From positions 652,841 through 716,840 of the forward strand of contig CAVQZD010000005.1 in NCBI GenBank assembly GCA_963718375.1: DNA of 64,000 nt, given 5' to 3'. The notes below the pieces were generated by a model. It was not told the DNA's origin and ran no database searches. It was given only the letters and a program-made list of their open reading frames with translations. The position numbers were made by a program, and so were the translations under genes. Positions 37,893 to 47,468 of this stretch are shown here, piece after piece (positions within the stretch are counted from its first letter, which is position 1; each line of letters opens with the position of its first letter). The stretch comes from an uncultured Actinomycetes bacterium (GTDB taxonomy: Bacteria; Actinomycetota; Thermoleophilia; RBG-16-64-13).

Positions 37893-38567
37893 CTAAAGCT
37901 TGTCGTAGGTGATGGCCAGGACCGTCTCGCGCAACTGGGCGACTTCGCTGAGCGACTCCTCGACTCGCGTCCACGCCGTGCGCTTGAACTCCTCGTCGTC
38001 CATCCAGGCCAGGTTTATCTTCACGTTAAGCGCCGCCGCTTGCGCAGCCGCGTCCGCCAACAGGGCAGCCACGCCCGCGTCGGAGACCGCGAACAGATTG
38101 CCCTTCTCGGCGGCAGGCACTGCAAGCTTGGCCACCTCCACGGCGGTCAGGGCTATCTTGAGCGGCACCGCCGCCGCGCCGTTGAGGGCGTTCTGCAGGA
38201 CCCGCTTGCGCTCGGCCTTCTGAGCCTCATCGTCCTGTGGCAGCTTCATGGCTTCCGCCACCGCGCCGTACGCCAGGGCGTCCAGAGTCACCAATCCCTC
38301 AAGCTCCAGGCGCAGCTCTTCCGCTCGCGCCTCGATCTCCACCATCTCGGCCTGCACGCCCGCGTACTTGGGTTTGCCCAGTGTCAGGTGAGTGACCATA
38401 CCGACCAAAGCCGCGCCGAGAGCGCCCACCAGTGCCGCGACGCTGCCGCCGCCCGGCTCGGGGGAGTCACTGGCCAAGCGGCCCAGATACGACCGAAGGG
38501 TCCAGTCGACGTAGGCGCCTTCTCCACCGTCCTTAGCCCCATCGCTGCGTTCACCCAACCCACTCAT
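37893..38567 (-). CDS. methenyl-THF cyclohydrolase / formimino-THF cyclodeaminase family protein (FchA/FtcD-C-like)
   Basis: Cyclodeaminase-family helical protein. Start trimmed to MSGLGERS, overlapping the fhs stop. Confidence 0.65.
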   Translation of the reverse strand: MSGLGERSDGAKDGGEGAYVDWTLRSYLGRLASDSPEPGGGSVAALVGALGAALVGMVTHLTLGKPKYAGVQAEMVEIEARAEELRLELEGLVTLDALAYGAVAEAMKLPQDDEAQKAERKRVLQNALNGAAAVPLKIALTAVEVAKLAVPAAEKGNLFAVSDAGVAALLADAAAQAAALNVKINLAWMDDEEFKRTAWTRVEESLSEVAQLRETVLAITYDKL

Positions 38568-40231
38568 CAGAACAACCCCACTATCTCGTTGTCGATAAGG
38601 TCGATCTCTTCGGCGGCGGGTCGCGCCGGCAGACCCGGCATGGTCATTATCGATCCACACACCGGTATGACCATACCCGCGCCGGCCGATAGGCGAATCT
38701 CGCGGACCGTGAGTCGCCAGCCCCGCGGGCGCCCGATCCTGGTCTTGTCGTCGGAGAGCGAGGACTGCGTCTTGGCCATACAGACCGGCAGCGTACCATA
38801 GCCCAAGCGCGTGAAGCGCTCGATGGCCGAGCTGGCCTCGTAGTGGTAGTCAACCCCGTCGGCCCCGTATATCTTGGTCGCTATGGCCTCGATCTTCTCA
38901 GGGATGCTCATCCCCAATTCATAGGCATAGTTCAGTTCGGGCTTCTCCTTGGCCTCGCACAGCTTGACTACCTCTTTGGCCAATTCGATGCCGCCTTCTC
39001 CACCCTTAGCCCAGACCTCGGAGAGCACCACCTTGGCGCCCAGCTTCTCCACCCTATCTCTGAGCAGCTTCAGTTCGGCCTCGGTATCGTCGGGGAAGCG
39101 GTTGATGGCGACCACCACCGGCGGACCGAAGGACTGCAGGTTCTCCAAATGCTTCTCCAAGTTCTCGATGCCGGCGCCGAGGGCCTTGAGGTCTTCCTTC
39201 TTAAGGTCGGCGAGAGCCACGCCCCCGTGCATCTTGAGAGCCCTCACCGTGGCCACCAGCACCGCAGCGTCGGGCTTGAGACCCGCGTAGCGGCACTTGA
39301 TGTCGTAGAACTTCTCCGCCCCCAGGTCCGCACCGAAGCCGGCCTCGGTCACGCAGTAGTCGCCCAGCTTCAGGGCCATGCGCGTCGCCTGGACCGAGTT
39401 GCATCCATGGGCGATATTGGCGAACGGGCCACCGTGGATGATCGCAGGCGTGTTCTCTAGCGTCTGCACCAGGTTGGGCATGAACGCGTCCTTCAGCAGA
39501 ACGGCCATCGCACCCGATACCCTCAGATCTTGGGTTGTGACCTTGCGACCCCACAGCGTCGACCCAACGATGATGCGGTCCAACCGCGCCTTCAGATCTT
39601 CGACATCACTGGCGAGACACAGCACCGCCATGACCTCCGAAGCCACCGTGATGTCATAGCGGGTCTTGCGCTCGACTCCTTCGCCACCCTGGGCGATGGT
39701 GATCTGACGGAGCGCACGATCGTTCAAGTCGACGACGCGCGGCCAGGAGATGTCATTGGCGTTTATCTTAAGATCGTTGCCCTGGAACAGGTGGTTGTCG
39801 AGTACGGCCGAGCAGAGGTTGTGGGCCGTAGTGATCGCGTGTATATCGCCGGTGAAGTGGAGGTTTATGTCTTCCATGGGTATGACTTGAGCGTAGCCTC
39901 CGCCAGCGGCACCACCCTTGACCCCGAAACAAGGGCCCAGCGATGGCTCGCGCAACGTGGCGATGGCCTTCTTGCCGATCTTGCTCAGGGCCATCGACAG
40001 TCCCACGTTGGTGGTGGTCTTGCCCTCACCGGCCGGCGTGGGTGTGATAGCGGTACAAAGCACCAGCTTGCCATCCGGCTTGCCCGCGAGCTCTTGGAGG
40101 ACATCCAGATGGACCTTGGCCTTGTACCGGCCAAAGGGGTCGACCTGGTCTTCGCTCAGCCCCAGACCGGCCGCTACCTCCATTATCGGAAGGGGGTGTG
40201 CCTCTCGTGCTATCTCGATGTCGCTCTTCAT
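38567..40231 (-). CDS. fhs: formate--tetrahydrofolate ligase
   Basis: FTHFS signatures [11 protein letters not shown] and GGGYAQV. 554 aa. Confidence 0.9.
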   Translation of the reverse strand: MKSDIEIAREAHPLPIMEVAAGLGLSEDQVDPFGRYKAKVHLDVLQELAGKPDGKLVLCTAITPTPAGEGKTTTNVGLSMALSKIGKKAIATLREPSLGPCFGVKGGAAGGGYAQVIPMEDINLHFTGDIHAITTAHNLCSAVLDNHLFQGNDLKINANDISWPRVVDLNDRALRQITIAQGGEGVERKTRYDITVASEVMAVLCLASDVEDLKARLDRIIVGSTLWGRKVTTQDLRVSGAMAVLLKDAFMPNLVQTLENTPAIIHGGPFANIAHGCNSVQATRMALKLGDYCVTEAGFGADLGAEKFYDIKCRYAGLKPDAAVLVATVRALKMHGGVALADLKKEDLKALGAGIENLEKHLENLQSFGPPVVVAINRFPDDTEAELKLLRDRVEKLGAKVVLSEVWAKGGEGGIELAKEVVKLCEAKEKPELNYAYELGMSIPEKIEAIATKIYGADGVDYHYEASSAIERFTRLGYGTLPVCMAKTQSSLSDDKTRIGRPRGWRLTVREIRLSAGAGMVIPVCGSIMTMPGLPARPAAEEIDLIDNEIVGLF

Positions 40232-40268
40232 CGTCCCCTCGATCGGTTGCGTTCTCTTGAGTCTTATT

Positions 40269-40282
40269 CTATATTTATATAG
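40269..40282. promoter_or_regulatory. perfect palindrome CTATATttATATAG in the AT-rich divergent fhs/GntR intergenic region. Candidate GntR operator
   Basis: AT-rich island cttattctatatttatatagttaaatctgtcaac between divergent operons. Confidence 0.35.
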
Positions 40283-40303
40283 TTAAATCTGTCAACTCGC
40301 TCG

Positions 40304-41128
40304 ATGGGAGCTTCTGACAACTTGGCTGACAAGTCACGGCAGAGGATAGAACAACAAGCCGCCAAGGCCCCGGAAGCCGATCGGGCGTACGATCCCGACT
40401 CCTTCGAGCCGGCGTACCTGCAGATCGCGGGCGCTCTCTCGGACCAGATTGCTGCCGGCGTCTACCGGGCCGGCGATCAACTGCCTACCGAGCCACAGCT
40501 CAGGGCGCGGTACGGGGTCAGCCCCGTCACGGTACGCCGCGCCGTCGGCCTTCTACTGGACCGCGGGCTGGTCACCACCACCAAGGGCAAGGGCACCTTC
40601 GTTCGCTCTCTGGACATGGGTGAGGCCATCTTCCGCCTGCAAGAACTCACAGACATGTGGGCCGAAGACGATGCAGTCGAGGTCCGGCTACTTGAGGCCC
40701 GCATCGTACCCGCAGACGAACGCGTGGCAGCCAAGCTTCAGGTCACGGAGGACACGCTGACAGTGCTGCTGAGGCGCCTCATCCAGCGCGGGGGCGTGCC
40801 CCTCATCTATCAGATCGAATACATCGTGTATGACGAGCGCCGTCCCTTGGTGGAGGCACAGCTACAGGTGACTTCATTGGAGGGGCTCCTGCGCTCCCCA
40901 CAGACCGAAGGCATTCTGAGCGGCCACCTCACGATCCAAGCGGTGAGCCTGGAAGCAGAAGCTGCAGCCGCCTTGCATCTGCCGCTAGAGTCGCCAGCCT
41001 TCAGCCTGGAAAGCCTCTTCTCGGACTACGGCGGCCGTCCGGTCAGTTGGGGTCGCTTCTACTGCCCCGCCGACCAGTTTCGCCTGACCACGAACGTGGG
41101 CCCCGCCCTGAGAGCCCCGGGGGTATGA
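40304..41128 (+). CDS. GntR/HutC-family transcriptional regulator (wHTH plus UTRA effector domain)
   Basis: LPTEPQLRARYGVSPVTVRRAV HTH, C-terminal UTRA-like domain. Confidence 0.8.
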   Translation: MGASDNLADKSRQRIEQQAAKAPEADRAYDPDSFEPAYLQIAGALSDQIAAGVYRAGDQLPTEPQLRARYGVSPVTVRRAVGLLLDRGLVTTTKGKGTFVRSLDMGEAIFRLQELTDMWAEDDAVEVRLLEARIVPADERVAAKLQVTEDTLTVLLRRLIQRGGVPLIYQIEYIVYDERRPLVEAQLQVTSLEGLLRSPQTEGILSGHLTIQAVSLEAEAAAALHLPLESPAFSLESLFSDYGGRPVSWGRFYCPADQFRLTTNVGPALRAPGV

Positions 41129-41781
41129 GCGTGAACACCTTCAGCGCCATCAAGAAGGCTGTCACAGCCCTGGACGAGACGCACGCGCTCGCCCTAGTCG
41201 AGCAAGCCGTGGCCGCCGGAGACAACTCCGCGGACATAATTCGCGCGGTCCAAGAGGGCCTCCGCGGCGTGGGAGAGCGCTACGAACAAGGAGACATCTA
41301 TTTGGCGGGCTTGATAATGGCGGGTGAGATATTCCGAGGCGCCATGGAACTCGCGCAACCCGGGTTGGAGATAGACATGACGGGGGCCGCCTCCGGGGTG
41401 GTGGTGCTGGGCACCGTGGCAGGAGACATCCATGACATCGGTAAGAACATGGCCGCTCTGGCCTTCCGCATGCAGGGTCTGGCCGTGGTGGACCTGGGCG
41501 TCAACGTGCCGCCCGAGAAGTTCTTGGAGGCGGCGCGAGAGTTCGCCCCGGACATCGTGGGCATGTCGGGACTTCTGGTCGTGGCTTTCGATGCCATGGC
41601 CCAGACCATCCAGTTGCTCAGAGAGCATGAGGAAGAGCTACCCAAACGACCACTGTTCGTGGTGGGAGGCGGCACCGTGAGCGAACAAGTATCGCGGTTC
41701 GTGGGCGCAGACCTCTGGGCGGACGACGCCATGGAGGGCGCCCGGCAGTGCCAACTCGCCCTCGCAACAAGGAAGGCCTAG
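41125..41781 (+). CDS. cobalamin-binding corrinoid protein, second copy
   Basis: GDIHDIGK DxHxxG motif. ATGA overlap with the GntR gene. Confidence 0.8.
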   Translation: MSVNTFSAIKKAVTALDETHALALVEQAVAAGDNSADIIRAVQEGLRGVGERYEQGDIYLAGLIMAGEIFRGAMELAQPGLEIDMTGAASGVVVLGTVAGDIHDIGKNMAALAFRMQGLAVVDLGVNVPPEKFLEAAREFAPDIVGMSGLLVVAFDAMAQTIQLLREHEEELPKRPLFVVGGGTVSEQVSRFVGADLWADDAMEGARQCQLALATRKA

Positions 41782-42648
41782 TTGGAGAACAAGCTCACTG
41801 TGGATTCACTCATGCCCCCTGAGATGGCTCTGAGGGCCGAGCGTGCCGGCGTCACGAAGGCAAGCATGGGTCTGCTGCAGACCCTGGTACTCTCCGTATT
41901 GGCAGGCGCCTTCATCGCTTTGGGCGCCATGTTCGCTACCACCGTGACCGCCGGGGGAGGAATGCCCTTCGGTGTCACCAGGCTACTCGGCGGACTGGCC
42001 TTCAGCCTGGGACTCATACTGGTGGTGGTCGCCGGCGCGGAGCTCTTCACCGGCAACAACCTCATAGTGATGGCTTGGGCGGGACGCAAGGTCGGCACGC
42101 TGCGCATGCTGCGCAACTGGGGCATTGTATGGGTCGGCAACTTCGTGGGCGCCTTAGGGACCGTGGCCCTCGTGTTGATCGCAGGGCAGTACAGGTTCGG
42201 CGGCGGCGCGATCGGCGCGGCTGCGCTGTCCACGGCCGAGGCCAAGGCCGGGCTAGGCGTCTTGCAGGCTGTGGCTCTGGGCACGCTGTGCAATGCGCTG
42301 GTCTGTCTGGCTGTCTGGTTGACCTACAGCGCCCGCTCCACCACTGACCGTATCCTCGCCGTCATCCCTCCCGTCACCGCTTTCGTTGCTGCGGGGTTCG
42401 AACACAGCGTGGCCAACATGTATTTCATCCCCATGGGACTCGCGATCAAGGCTACGGCCCCCGAGAGCTTCTGGAGCGAGATCCACAAGACCGCCGCGGA
42501 CTACCCCGATCTCACGTGGGGCAACTTCTTCGTGCACAATCTCATCCCGGTCACGATAGGGAACATCATCGGCGGAGCGCTCTTGGTGGGAGCGGTCTAC
42601 TGGTTCGTCTATCTGCGCAGACGGCCGACGTCGGCAACCGCGGACTGA
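41782..42648 (+). CDS. formate/nitrite transporter family protein (FocA-like)
   Basis: FNT signatures LVVVAGAELFTGN and AAGFEHSVANM. TTG start directly after the upstream stop. Confidence 0.8.
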   Translation: MENKLTVDSLMPPEMALRAERAGVTKASMGLLQTLVLSVLAGAFIALGAMFATTVTAGGGMPFGVTRLLGGLAFSLGLILVVVAGAELFTGNNLIVMAWAGRKVGTLRMLRNWGIVWVGNFVGALGTVALVLIAGQYRFGGGAIGAAALSTAEAKAGLGVLQAVALGTLCNALVCLAVWLTYSARSTTDRILAVIPPVTAFVAAGFEHSVANMYFIPMGLAIKATAPESFWSEIHKTAADYPDLTWGNFFVHNLIPVTIGNIIGGALLVGAVYWFVYLRRRPTSATAD

Positions 42649-42701
42649 GCTAGAGCCGCACTCGAGTCGGGGCCCTCCTCAGCCCGGGACGCGGTCGCCG
42701 A

Positions 42702-43535
42702 TCAGGCCTTACGCATCTGGCGGCTGCGCTCCATGGCAGCCGCCACGGCATCACTGAAGGCAGACCTGAGGCCTCTACTCTCTAGCAGCGCGGCAGCCCC
42801 CGCGGACAACTGCCCCCCGGCAGTCGCACCCTGCCCATTACTCGACCGCAGCTCGAAGTCTGCATCCGAACTGACCGCAGTCTCCAGAGCGGCCCGCCGC
42901 ACGACGCGACGCGCGTCGGCGCGGCTGAGTCCAGCGGCTACGGCCCCGTCCTCCAGACCCTCCAGAGCCAGCGCCAGGAACGCGGGACTGGAGCCCGAGA
43001 CAGCTGTGAATACGTCGAACAGCTCTTCTGGGAGCGCCTCCGCGATACCAGTCTGACCGAACAGAGCCAATACTCTCTCCAGCAAGGCTGCATCGACGCC
43101 ATCTTCCGCCGCCACCGCTACCGCACCCGCACCCTTTTCTACGGCGAGATTCGGCATAGCCCTGAGCAGTGCAGGACCCGGACCCAACTCATCCCGCAGC
43201 CATTCCAGGGTCAGCCCGGCCATCGCGGAGACCAGGGCTTGGTCAGGACGCGTGATACCGCGCAAGGTGCCGAGCAGGTCTTTGGCATCCTTGGGTTTGA
43301 CCAGCACCACGATGATATCCGCTGCGCCCACCAGTTGTTCGAGCGACTCGGTAGCCGCCACGCTCGGGCCCTTGGCCCCATCCGCCATGCTCGCCTGAGC
43401 GTCCTCGACCAGTCGGTCGACTGAAGGTCGAAAGGTGTCCCACACGAGTAACCCAGCCCGACCCGCGCGCAGCCAGCCCTTGACTAGGGCAGACCCCATG
43501 TTGCCGACGCCTATGACCCCGACAGTGTCCGTCAT
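42702..43535 (-). CDS. proC: pyrroline-5-carboxylate reductase
   Basis: VGVIGVGNMGSAL Rossmann motif and P5CR dimerisation domain. Confidence 0.85.
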   Translation of the reverse strand: MTDTVGVIGVGNMGSALVKGWLRAGRAGLLVWDTFRPSVDRLVEDAQASMADGAKGPSVAATESLEQLVGAADIIVVLVKPKDAKDLLGTLRGITRPDQALVSAMAGLTLEWLRDELGPGPALLRAMPNLAVEKGAGAVAVAAEDGVDAALLERVLALFGQTGIAEALPEELFDVFTAVSGSSPAFLALALEGLEDGAVAAGLSRADARRVVRRAALETAVSSDADFELRSSNGQGATAGGQLSAGAAALLESRGLRSAFSDAVAAAMERSRQMRKA

Positions 43536-44785
43536 CCACCCGAGCTCTCAGCACCGTAGTGCTGACCGATCACGAGGTACGAGAGGTCCTCGCGGTCCCT
43601 GATCACCCGTACGCTTCCGTCCGTTTGCACCAGGATCTCCGCCGGACGCAGCCGCGCGTTGTAGTTGGATGACATCGCGAAGCCGTAGGCGCCCGCGTCG
43701 AGTACGGCCAAGATGTCGCCCAGCGCTACGTCAGGCAGCATGCGCGCCTCAGCGACCAAGTCGCCGCTCTCACATATGTTGCCGCAGACGCTTACTTCTA
43801 CCAGGTCGCGGCTTTCGACATTGCTGCAGACGACCACCTCGTGGTAGGCGCCGTACAACTCCGGACGGATGAGCACGTTGAAGCCCAAGTCCGTCCCCAC
43901 GAAGACGGTGCCGAAGTTCTCCTTGATGGAGTGCACACTGCCCAAGAGCGTCGAACACTCAGCGACCGGATAGCGGCCCGGCTCGATGAGGAACTTGACC
44001 TTCTTGTTGCCGGTGCGCTCCTCCCAATCCGCGAGCACTGCCTCGAACTCCTTGGCGAACTCGTCCAAGGGAAAGCGGTCCTCTTCAGTGTGGCGATAGG
44101 GGACACCCAAGCCACCCCCGAAGTCGATGAGCTTGAGATGGTCGAAGCTCTCGGCTATCTCGAGCAGGCGCTCTATGGCCGCCAGGTAGTTGTGCGGGGA
44201 GAGGAACAGCGACCCGATGTGCATGTTGATGCCTACTATCGTCAGGTCGTACTTCGCGGCCATCCGCTTGAGTTCGGGCAGTTGGTCGTGCGGGGTACCG
44301 AACTTGACCCGGCCCGCGGTGATCACCTTGGCGCTGTGCCCGTCACCGATGTTGGGATTGATGCGCACCACCACCTCGCCACCTGGATTGAGCTCGCCGT
44401 AGTATTCGAGCTGCGAGATGGAATCGATGCTCATGAGGATGCCGCGATCTATCGCGTAGCGCATCTCTTCCTTGGAGACGTTGTTGCAGATGAACAGTAT
44501 CTCCTGCGGCTTGTAGCCGGCCTCCATCGCCAAGAAGATCTCGCCAGGGGACATGGTGTCTACCCTGAGCCCCTCGCTGCGGACGATCTCGAGCAGGGCG
44601 ACGTTGCCGTTGGCCTTCATGGAGTAGTTGACGGCGAAATTGGGGCGCTTCAGAAGACTCTTCAGCTCACGACAGCGGGCGCGCAGGACTTCTTCTTCGT
44701 AGACGTAAAGGGGTGTCCCGAATTCCGCAGCCAGATCACCGGCGAAGTGGGTCCCGAAATACAGACGGTTGTCCTTGATGCGCAC
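43532..44785 (-). CDS. lysA: PLP-dependent Orn/DAP/Arg decarboxylase family 2, most likely diaminopimelate decarboxylase
   Basis: PLP lysine region FAVNYSMKAN. GGG...EPGR and C-terminal CESGD motifs. GTG start with an AAAGGGG RBS. Confidence 0.75.
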   Translation of the reverse strand: MRIKDNRLYFGTHFAGDLAAEFGTPLYVYEEEVLRARCRELKSLLKRPNFAVNYSMKANGNVALLEIVRSEGLRVDTMSPGEIFLAMEAGYKPQEILFICNNVSKEEMRYAIDRGILMSIDSISQLEYYGELNPGGEVVVRINPNIGDGHSAKVITAGRVKFGTPHDQLPELKRMAAKYDLTIVGINMHIGSLFLSPHNYLAAIERLLEIAESFDHLKLIDFGGGLGVPYRHTEEDRFPLDEFAKEFEAVLADWEERTGNKKVKFLIEPGRYPVAECSTLLGSVHSIKENFGTVFVGTDLGFNVLIRPELYGAYHEVVVCSNVESRDLVEVSVCGNICESGDLVAEARMLPDVALGDILAVLDAGAYGFAMSSNYNARLRPAEILVQTDGSVRVIRDREDLSYLVIGQHYGAESSGG

Positions 44786-44840
44786 TGGCTACCCCTTTCT
44801 GGATGGCAGCCTCAATGATACGCGGTCGGCCGCCGCCTTA

Positions 44841-45413
44841 CTAACGCCCGGATATCTGCTCGATCTGAGATGCTGCCTGCCTGAGTACTTCAGCCATCTC
44901 CTTGAGCTTGTCCGGGTCCCCGGCCCCGTCCTGCACTGCCCTCTTCACAGTGTGAAATGACTCATGGAGATCTCTGAGCGTCTCGTCAGACCGGCCGTGC
45001 CGCCCGCCGCCCCATCGAGCGTCCCACCGCTCTCTGTGAGACTCTGCCTTGTCCTTGTGCGTCTCCAAGAAGACCGCGCCGACCTCAGTGATCGAGTAGA
45101 CCTTCTTACCGTCTTCGGTGCTGGCGGCAACCAGGCCCTCATCCTCCAGAGCCTGAAGCGTGGGGTAGATCGCTCCCGGGCTGGGACTATACAGCCCCCC
45201 GGAGGCCTCCTCCATGGCGCGGATGATGTCGTAGCCGTGTCTGGACTTCTCCTTGAGCATGTCCAGTACGGCGAACTTGATGCCCCCTCTAGCTATCGAC
45301 CGCGGCGCTTCGGACAGGGACCCTCGTACGTGCATGCCGCGCGGCCCGGACATGCCTCGGGACCCACGCATGCGCCCTGCGTCGTGCCTGAATCGCCGTT
45401 CGTGTCTCTGCAT
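44841..45413 (-). CDS. PadR-family transcriptional regulator with an Arg/Gly-rich N-terminal extension
   Basis: AGGAGAA RBS 6 nt before the ATG. wHTH IKFAVLDMLKEKSRHGYDIIRAMEE...YPTLQALEDEGLV. Confidence 0.8.
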   Translation of the reverse strand: MQRHERRFRHDAGRMRGSRGMSGPRGMHVRGSLSEAPRSIARGGIKFAVLDMLKEKSRHGYDIIRAMEEASGGLYSPSPGAIYPTLQALEDEGLVAASTEDGKKVYSITEVGAVFLETHKDKAESHRERWDARWGGGRHGRSDETLRDLHESFHTVKRAVQDGAGDPDKLKEMAEVLRQAASQIEQISGR

Positions 45414-45493
45414 ATCCGTTCTCCTCTTGTTTCGCAGGCGGCGCCGGCCTCCGGCACGTCCCCACCCTGTGCCCCGACGTGACCAATACAGGC

Positions 45494-45580
45494 GCCGTGT
45501 CCGTGACCGCCGTGTCCGTGACCGCCGTGTCCGTGACCGCCGTGTCCGTGACCGCCGTGTCCGTGACCGCCGTGTCCGTG
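45494..45580. repeat. tandem repeat, 15-bp unit GCCGTGTCCGTGACC x 5.8. On the minus strand it would encode (HGHGG)n within ORF 45293..45691
   Basis: Directly visible perfect tandem copies. Coding status ambiguous. Confidence 0.8.
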
Positions 45581-45623
45581 CTTTGCTCCGACTTGTTTCA
45601 ACCCGACCTCCAAATATTCATAC

Positions 45624-45641
45624 GATATATCGCGATATATC
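45624..45641. promoter_or_regulatory. 18-bp perfect palindrome GATATATCGCGATATATC in an AT-rich island upstream of the repeat/PadR region
   Basis: Perfect inverted repeat in an AT-rich stretch of a GC-rich genome. Operator-like. Confidence 0.4.
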
Positions 45642-45744
45642 TTATACCATGGGTCGGTATTGTCAAGCGAGTCGATGAGTCCCGAAAACACGAGGCGCCC
45701 GCAGAATCGCGGGCGCCTCGCACTGCATCTGGGGTTGGGTCGTT

Positions 45745-46080
45745 CTAGGCCTTGGCCTTGCGCAGGCCCCAGCGCGCGAGAAAGACGCCCACCGTGATGG
45801 CCCCAAGGGACGTAGCGGCTTCCGCGCAGACCCTAAGCGAGCCGATCAACTGATAGTCAGCGTAGGTAGAGTTGGTCGCGAAATCTTCGGAGGGTATGAG
45901 ATAGAGCAGTATCTGCCCGATGACACCCAGCAGCAAGACGATCAGCCCCACCCATAGGCTCTCGCGCGTCTTCCAGCAGCCCGCGATCTTCTGTGAAATC
46001 TTGCTTGACTCGGCGGGCGCGTCTGCCGCACCCTCGACTGTCCCCTCTTGTGACGTGGCTCCCTCAGCGGCCCTGTCCAT
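45745..46080 (-). CDS. small membrane protein (2 TM), hypothetical
   Basis: Hydrophobic segments. GAGAGGTGG RBS-like sequence upstream. Confidence 0.45.
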   Translation of the reverse strand: MDRAAEGATSQEGTVEGAADAPAESSKISQKIAGCWKTRESLWVGLIVLLLGVIGQILLYLIPSEDFATNSTYADYQLIGSLRVCAEAATSLGAITVGVFLARWGLRKAKA

Positions 46081-46232
46081 GCTCGTCCACCTCTCACTGA
46101 TGTGGTTGACAACCTCCGCTTAAGGGTACGCTTTTCAACAACGCCTCGCCACGCGCTGCTTGACCTGGACGCGCCGGTGCGAGACTCTTCACTCAGGCAC
46201 AATCACAGCACACCGCCAGGGGAGGGATCCAA

Positions 46233-47468
46233 TTGCGCATAGCAGTGGTGTCACCGTATTCGTGGAGCGTGCCTGGCGGAGTCAACAACGTCGTCATGAA
46301 TCTTGTCCGCCGCCTCGAGAAGACTGGCCACGAAGTCTGGATCATCGCTCCTGCGGGGACGCTGGTCAGACGCGCCAAGAACCTGCCGCCGAATTTCATA
46401 TCAGCGGGAAGGACTATCCCTGTGAGGTCGAACGGCTCAGTAGCCCACGTCTCAGCCTCGCCCTTCATGCTCCAGAAGATGCAGCGACTGCTCTCTCAGA
46501 AGCAGTTCGACCTGGTCCACGTGAACGAGCCCGGCACTCCTGCGGTCGGCTCCACGGCCGTCTTGGTGGCCAAGATCCCGGTCGTCTCGACCTTCCATGC
46601 CGCCGGCGACGCCAGGGAGTACTATCAGCGCTGGGCCCCCCTTGCCACTAGGGTCCTCGCCGGCATCTCGGTGGGCATCACTGTCTCCGAAGCCGCTCGT
46701 GATTGCGTCAGTACCCATTTTCCTGGGGACTACCGCGTGATACCCAACGGCATCGACATCGAGCCCTACGCAAAGGTCCGCGATGCCGCGAAGATCGAGG
46801 GGCGCATCCTGAACATCGGACGCCCTGAGCCGCGCAAGGGTCTGACGATACTCATAGAGGCCTTCGCCGAATTGCGTCAGCGCATGCCAGGAGTGTCACT
46901 CACGCTTGTAGGCACCAGCGAAGAACAACTGCGGGCTCTGTATTCTCGCAAGACTCCTGACCTCGATAAGAAGCTCCAGGGGATCGAAGCTCTGGGAAGT
47001 CTGGGAGAGGCAGACAAGATAGAGCAGATGGGTAAGGCCGAGGTGATGTGCGCTCCATCCTTGGGTGGGGAGAGTTTCGGTATCGTGCTCACCGAAGCCC
47101 TGGCCGCCGGCCTTCCCATAGTCGCCTCCGACATCGATGGTTACCGAGCCGTGCTCGCAGACGGGGCGAACGGGGTCCTCACGCCCCCTGGGGACGCGAA
47201 GGCGCTCGAGGACGCTCTCTTCAAGACCCTATCCGACGAAGAGCTGCGTCGGCAGTTGTCCGAAGACGGCATCAAGCGCGCGCAGCGCTACTCGTGGGAC
47301 AGAGTCGTCGGCCAGATCGAGGACGCCTATGAGGACGCGATAAGGCTGGGTCCCCGCACCGTTCCGGGTCCGCGGGTGCCGTTGGTGAAGCAGGCGCTAC
47401 ATTTCGCTCGTTCGCGCAAGCCCAAGGACAAGAAGCTCAGAGCAGCCCGGGGCCAGGCGGTAGGCTAG
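46233..47468 (+). CDS. glycosyltransferase family 4 (PimA/MshA-like)
   Basis: RIAVVSPYSWSVPGGVNN N-terminus, C-terminal GT4 E-x7-E region. TTG start with GGAGGG RBS. Confidence 0.8.
   Translation: MRIAVVSPYSWSVPGGVNNVVMNLVRRLEKTGHEVWIIAPAGTLVRRAKNLPPNFISAGRTIPVRSNGSVAHVSASPFMLQKMQRLLSQKQFDLVHVNEPGTPAVGSTAVLVAKIPVVSTFHAAGDAREYYQRWAPLATRVLAGISVGITVSEAARDCVSTHFPGDYRVIPNGIDIEPYAKVRDAAKIEGRILNIGRPEPRKGLTILIEAFAELRQRMPGVSLTLVGTSEEQLRALYSRKTPDLDKKLQGIEALGSLGEADKIEQMGKAEVMCAPSLGGESFGIVLTEALAAGLPIVASDIDGYRAVLADGANGVLTPPGDAKALEDALFKTLSDEELRRQLSEDGIKRAQRYSWDRVVGQIEDAYEDAIRLGPRTVPGPRVPLVKQALHFARSRKPKDKKLRAARGQAVG

Noticed and set aside
36145-38801. plus-strand ORFs 36145..37224 and 37770..38801
   Set aside because: Antisense to metV, folD and fchA.
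39530-40282. 250-aa plus-strand ORF
   Set aside because: Antisense to fhs.
43841-44818. 325-aa plus-strand ORF
   Set aside because: Antisense to lysA.
45253-45748. plus-strand ORFs translating the 15-bp repeat as RRVRD or AVSVT repeats
   Set aside because: Alternative frames of the tandem repeat. Neither has start or RBS support nor a plausible product. The minus-strand His-rich frame is kept only as a hypothesis in the findings.
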